Shown here in pieces: positions 35,376 to 38,859 of a stretch of 38,859 nucleotides of DNA. Position numbers and translations under genes: made by a program. Source of the DNA: an uncultured Nitrospirales bacterium (GTDB taxonomy: Bacteria > Nitrospirota > JACRHL01); assembly GCA_964528115.1 (NCBI GenBank), contig CAZGRJ010000008.1:1-38859 (forward strand), in the 5' to 3' direction. Position 1 is the stretch's first letter, and the number at the start of each line of letters is the position of its first letter. Under the pieces are notes generated by a model, which made no database searches, was not told the origin of the DNA, and worked only from the letters and a program-made list of their open reading frames with translations.

Positions 35376-37083
35376 CGCCGGGCTCCTTCAGGGTGAGGTG
35401 GACGGAAAAGGGGGTGACGCCGCCCGTGTCCGGGGGCCCGCCCTTCGGGCTGTTCGTTGGACTGTTCATGGGGCTCAGGTCTACGGCGGCGAAACGGCCC
35501 GTGGCCTCCAGGGCCGAGACCAGCGCGCCCACGGCGCCCAGGGCCTCGGCGGGCCCGGCCAATACCTCACCGCTCGCCGCCACGTGCCAGGCGCCCTTCT
35601 CCCAGGTGACGTAGGCCGTCAGCAGCCGGGCCGCGGGCGGCATGGCGGCCCCCAGGTCGGCCAGCAGGGCGGTGGCGGGCAGGGGGGACGGCAGGCCGTC
35701 GGGCAGGGGGTGGCGGACGCCGTCGGGGGTCACCAGGGGCGTGGGGCCGGAGGCGCCGGACCGGGCCGCGTGCAGGCGCGCCTGCTCCGCCTGGAGCGAG
35801 GCCAGGCGGGCGGCCTCCTCGCCCACGGCGCGGGCCTGGAAGACGACCCCCATCCCGGCCGAGAGCAGGGCGAAGACGAGCAGGGCGGCGGCGGCGTAGG
35901 CGAGGGAAGTGGGCACCTCGCGCCGGCGCAGCTCCTCGGGCACCAGGGTCACGGCGCCGGAGGGCCGCGTGAGCCCCGAAAGGGCCGCCCCCATGGCGAT
36001 CACCATGCGCGGGTCCGGGGCGCCGCGCCAGGTGATGTCCGGGCGGTGGCGGAGCAGGGGGAGCACCTCGGCCCGCAGCTGGCGCGAGAGCCATTCCACG
36101 AAGGGGGCATCGTCCGCCACCGCGCCGGTGAGGACCACCCGGGCGACCTCCCCCGCCTTGAGGTTCTTCTTGGCGTACAGGTGGGTGCGGTGGATCTCCT
36201 CCGTCAGGCGCTCCCAAGCCGCGGGGATCTGCGGGGCGGGGGCCGGGGCGGGCGCCGCCTCGGCCGCGGCGAAGGGGTCCGCCGGCGCCTCGGCGGGGGG
36301 CTCCGGCGGTGAGGCCGCGCCGGTCTCGGAGGACCCGTCCAACGCCGTAGGTCCGTCCAAATCAAACGCGAGGTCGATCTCGCCGAACATCTGGGCCACC
36401 TCGGCGTCCAGGTCGGCGGCCCCCTGGGCGGGTGCCGGGGGCGGCGGGGCGGGCGCCTCCTCGCCGCGGCGGCCGAGGATGCCCCGGTTCATGTGGCGGT
36501 CGTACACGTGGGCGCCGGAGCGGGTCAGGATCAGGTCGGCGTTGTGGTCCCACACCTCGATCAGGGACATCAGCTCGCCCGTCTCCCGGTCGGCGGGGCG
36601 GGTCATGGCCATGATGAACGAGGTGGCGTGGGGCACCACGTCCGAGAGGCTCAGGCCCGCCTCGGTGGCCTCCGCGGCCAGGGTCTCCACGACGTTCCGG
36701 GGCATGGCCCGCACCTCCACGTCGCGCAGGCCGTCGCCGCGCGCCCGCCGGACCGTCCAGGCCACCGCGTCGCCGGGCCGGGCCCCGGCCTCCCGCGCCA
36801 CCACCCGGGCCAGGTCGCGCCGCGCCAGGGCGGGGACGGTCACGGTGCGGTGGCGGAAGTCGGTGTCCACCAAAGAGAAGGTGGCGGAGATGCCCTTCGC
36901 GCCCATGTCGGCGGCCACCCGCGGCAGGGTGGCGCGCTCGGCGGCGGCCAGGATGCGGGTCGCCACGACCTCGTAGCCGGCGCCCTTGCGCGCCACCAGG
37001 CACAGGTTGATCCAGTGCTTGCCCACGGCCACCCCCAGGTGGCTCTGGGCGCGCCCGCCGCCGGGTGTCAGGCGGAAGGCCAT
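35359..37083 (-). CDS. GspL-like / fused PilM-PilN (MshI-like) assembly protein with Pro/acidic insertion
   Basis: ATG 37083 (TGATG junction with gspF stop) inside ORF 35359..38574. The upstream 497 codons of that ORF overlap gspF out of frame. The N-terminal actin-like (PilM/GspL-cyto) pattern is HLGVAVGKHWINLCLV...LIEVWDHNADLILTRSG...VVLTGAVADDAPFVEWL. It is interrupted by a ~85-aa Pro/Ala/Asp/Glu-rich insert (residues ~205-288, nt ~36220-36471). A TM helix LAYAAAALLVFALLSAGMGVVF follows, then a periplasmic PilN/GspL-like tail. Confidence 0.6.
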   Translation of the reverse strand: MAFRLTPGGGRAQSHLGVAVGKHWINLCLVARKGAGYEVVATRILAAAERATLPRVAADMGAKGISATFSLVDTDFRHRTVTVPALARRDLARVVAREAGARPGDAVAWTVRRARGDGLRDVEVRAMPRNVVETLAAEATEAGLSLSDVVPHATSFIMAMTRPADRETGELMSLIEVWDHNADLILTRSGAHVYDRHMNRGILGRRGEEAPAPPPPAPAQGAADLDAEVAQMFGEIDLAFDLDGPTALDGSSETGAASPPEPPAEAPADPFAAAEAAPAPAPAPQIPAAWERLTEEIHRTHLYAKKNLKAGEVARVVLTGAVADDAPFVEWLSRQLRAEVLPLLRHRPDITWRGAPDPRMVIAMGAALSGLTRPSGAVTLVPEELRRREVPTSLAYAAAALLVFALLSAGMGVVFQARAVGEEAARLASLQAEQARLHAARSGASGPTPLVTPDGVRHPLPDGLPSPLPATALLADLGAAMPPAARLLTAYVTWEKGAWHVAASGEVLAGPAEALGAVGALVSALEATGRFAAVDLSPMNSPTNSPKGGPPDTGGVTPFSVHLTLKEPGDADPA

Positions 37084-38300
37084 CAGCGCGCGCCCCCGAT
37101 GGACGAGATGATCGTATAGAGGGTGTAGAAGACCGTCAGGGCGATGCCGCCCACGACGACGCCGAGCACGATGATGATCGCCGGCTCCAGGATCGACAGG
37201 GCCAGGCGGATGCTGGCCTGAACCTCGCGCCGCAGGAACTCGGTGGCGCGGAACAGGGAATCCGGCAGGCGCCCGCCCTCCTCGCCCACGGCCACCATTT
37301 GCAGGGACAGGGGCGGAAAGACGCCGGTGGCCTCCAGGGCGTCGGCCAGGCGGCCGCCGCCCACCACCCGCTCCTCCACCTCGGCCACGCGCTCGGCCAG
37401 GTGGCGGTTCTCCACCACCCCCTGGGAGAGGGTCAGCGCCCGGGCGATGTCCACCCCGGCGTCCAGGAGCAGGCCCAGGCAGTACATGAGCTGGGAGACG
37501 CGGATCAGCCGGATCGTCGTGCCGAACAGGGGCACCTTGAGCACCGCCCGGTCGAGCCACCGGGCGACGGGCTCGCGCCGCCGCAGGACGCCGAACAGGG
37601 CGCCGCCCAGGACGAGCGCGGCGAGCATGAACGGCCAGTAGGCCCCGAAGAACGCGCTGATCCCCAGCAGCACCCGGGCCGCCGCCGGGATGGGCGCCCC
37701 CGAGCCGAAGATGCCCACCAGGCGGGGCAGGACGAAGGTGAGCAGGAACACGATCAGGGCGAGCACGAGGGAGACGATCACGACCGGGTACACGGTGGCC
37801 TGCCTCAGGTCCCGCGCCAGGCCGTCCTGCCACTCCAGGTAGGAGTTCAGGCGGCCCAGCACCGTGTCCAGGCGGCCGGTCTCCTCGCCGGTGGCGACCA
37901 TGGAGACGTAGAGCGGGCTGAAGCACCTGGGGTAGCGCCCCAGGGCGTGGGCCAGGCCCTCGCCGCTCTCCAGGCCGTGGGCCACGTCCTCGAGCATGTG
38001 GGCGATGCCGGGGTCGGGCACGTGGTGGCCGAAGCCGCGCAGCGCCTCGAGCACCGGGATGCCGGCTCCCGCGGCGGTCTCCATGTGGGCGGTGAAGGTC
38101 ATGCGCTCGCGCCGCCCCATGCGCACCTTGGGCGGGCGCACGTGGATGGGCCTGGCCTCGATGAGGATGCCGCCGTCGCCACGGATGCGGGCCGCGAGGC
38201 CGGCCTCGTCCGGGGCCGCCATGGTCCCGGTGCGGGTCCGGCCGTCGGCGCCCGCCATGCGGTAGTGGAAGTCCGGCATGGCGATGCTCCCGGCGCCCAC
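37083..38300 (-). CDS. gspF: type II secretion system F family platform protein (GspF/PilC)
   Basis: Two T2SSF repeats are present: GIPVLEALRGF...LESGEGLAHALGRYPRCFSPLYVSMVATGEETGRLDTVL and GVDIARALTLS...VVGGGRLADALEATGVFPPLSLQMVAVGEEGGRLPDSL. The protein has three TM segments. GTG 38300 is the longest start and ATG 38279 is an alternative. Confidence 0.9.
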   Translation of the reverse strand: MGAGSIAMPDFHYRMAGADGRTRTGTMAAPDEAGLAARIRGDGGILIEARPIHVRPPKVRMGRRERMTFTAHMETAAGAGIPVLEALRGFGHHVPDPGIAHMLEDVAHGLESGEGLAHALGRYPRCFSPLYVSMVATGEETGRLDTVLGRLNSYLEWQDGLARDLRQATVYPVVIVSLVLALIVFLLTFVLPRLVGIFGSGAPIPAAARVLLGISAFFGAYWPFMLAALVLGGALFGVLRRREPVARWLDRAVLKVPLFGTTIRLIRVSQLMYCLGLLLDAGVDIARALTLSQGVVENRHLAERVAEVEERVVGGGRLADALEATGVFPPLSLQMVAVGEEGGRLPDSLFRATEFLRREVQASIRLALSILEPAIIIVLGVVVGGIALTVFYTLYTIISSIGGAR

Positions 38301-38303
38301 GCG

Positions 38304-38859
38304 CTAGGTTCCGGTCCCTTCCGGCGCCGCGACGGGCTCCGCGCGCCGGCCCGAGTGGGCGGGACGGGCGGGCTCGCCCCCGACCTCCGGGCGCTTGAGC
38401 ATCAGGCGGCGCTCGGCCACGCGGCGCACCTCCGCCAGGGTGGTCTCGCCCCGGCGGGCCTTCTCGTAGCCGTCCTGGCGGATGTCCACCATGCCCTCCT
38501 GGCGCGCGGCCTCGGTGATGGCCGAGGCGGAGGCGCGGGCCATGACCAGGTCCGTGACGGCGGTGCTCATGCACAGGAACTCCGCGATCGGGATGCGGCC
38601 CAGGTAGCCGGTCTGGTTACAGCGCGGGCAGCCCACGGCGGACACGAAGTCGCCCGGCTCCGGGTCGTGGGCGAAGGCGGCGAACAACTCCGCGTCGGGG
38701 GTCATGGGCACCTTGCAGTGGGCGCAGGGGCGGCGCACCAGGCGCTGGGAGATGACGGCGATGATCGTGGACGGCAGCAGGTAGGGGGCGACCCCCATAT
38801 CCACCAGGCGCGGCAGGGCGCTGGCGGCGTCGTTGGTGTGCAGGGTGGAGAGCACCAGG
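38304..38859 (-). CDS. gspE: GspE/PilB family secretion ATPase, C-terminal part (5' end outside window)
   Basis: The ORF is open to the window edge. It has the His-box region [21 protein letters not shown], then [12 protein letters not shown], and the tetracysteine motif CAHC...[13 protein letters not shown] ~35-aa Pro/Arg-rich C-terminal tail follows. Confidence 0.9.
   Translation of the reverse strand, partial: LVLSTLHTNDAASALPRLVDMGVAPYLLPSTIIAVISQRLVRRPCAHCKVPMTPDAELFAAFAHDPEPGDFVSAVGCPRCNQTGYLGRIPIAEFLCMSTAVTDLVMARASASAITEAARQEGMVDIRQDGYEKARRGETTLAEVRRVAERRLMLKRPEVGGEPARPAHSGRRAEPVAAPEGTGT

Noticed and set aside
31974-35396. 1140-aa + strand ORF opposite the pilin, secretin, PilP-like and GspM-like genes
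   Set aside because: It is Arg/Gly/Ala/Asp-rich low-complexity translation without motifs. The opposite strand carries a secretin core, a lipobox, TPRs and a prepilin signal with coupled junctions.
37084-38574. N-terminal 497 codons of the 1071-aa ORF 35359..38574
   Set aside because: They overlap the GspF gene in another frame and consist of Pro/Gly/Arg-rich filler. A recognisable protein begins only at ATG 37083 (MAFRLTPGG...), which forms a TGATG junction with the gspF stop.

Overview
This is a high-GC bacterial chromosomal window, roughly 70% G+C by eye (not computed). All functional calls come from motif recognition in the supplied translations. No database search was run. I support 37 protein-coding genes and found no rRNA, tRNA, CRISPR array, transposase or integrase. 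PstS, PstB and PhoB follow the proteobacterial pattern, so a high-GC proteobacterium is a reasonable guess (inference only).

The window splits into four blocks:
- Block 1 (1-17331) is a tightly packed, mostly + strand glycan assembly and decoration locus. It encodes a pyruvyl transferase (5' truncated), 8-9 glycosyltransferases, an FkbM and a class I SAM methyltransferase, a hexapeptide acetyltransferase, two unrelated sulfotransferases (one inverted), an SDR epimerase/dehydratase and an AsnB-type amidotransferase. No flippase, polymerase or exporter is in view.
- Block 2 (17328-23275) holds a secreted DmpA/S58-type aminopeptidase, a small PilZ protein, an alpha-glucan phosphorylase and an MBOAT + SGNH O-acyltransferase pair.
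- Block 3 (23394-30801) is a complete Pho module on the minus strand: phoB-phoR-pstS-(PsiE-like)-pstC-pstA-pstB-phoU.
- Block 4 (30938-38859) lies directly upstream of phoB on the same strand. It is a compact seven-gene type IV filament (T2SS/T4P/MSHA-like) operon: GspE-type ATPase (truncated by the window edge), GspF platform, a GspL-like PilM+PilN fusion with a Pro/acidic insert, a GspM/PilO-like protein, a PilP/GspC-like protein, a lipoprotein secretin fused to C-terminal TPR repeats, and one 393-aa pseudopilin.

The pseudopilin has two GspG-like head modules and a Cys-containing C-terminal domain that I cannot assign. No minor pilins or prepilin peptidase are visible. Block 4 is my best candidate for an undescribed system. 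The doubly sulfotransferase-equipped glycan locus is second. Many long ORFs in the six-frame track are antisense or out-of-frame high-GC artefacts and were rejected.
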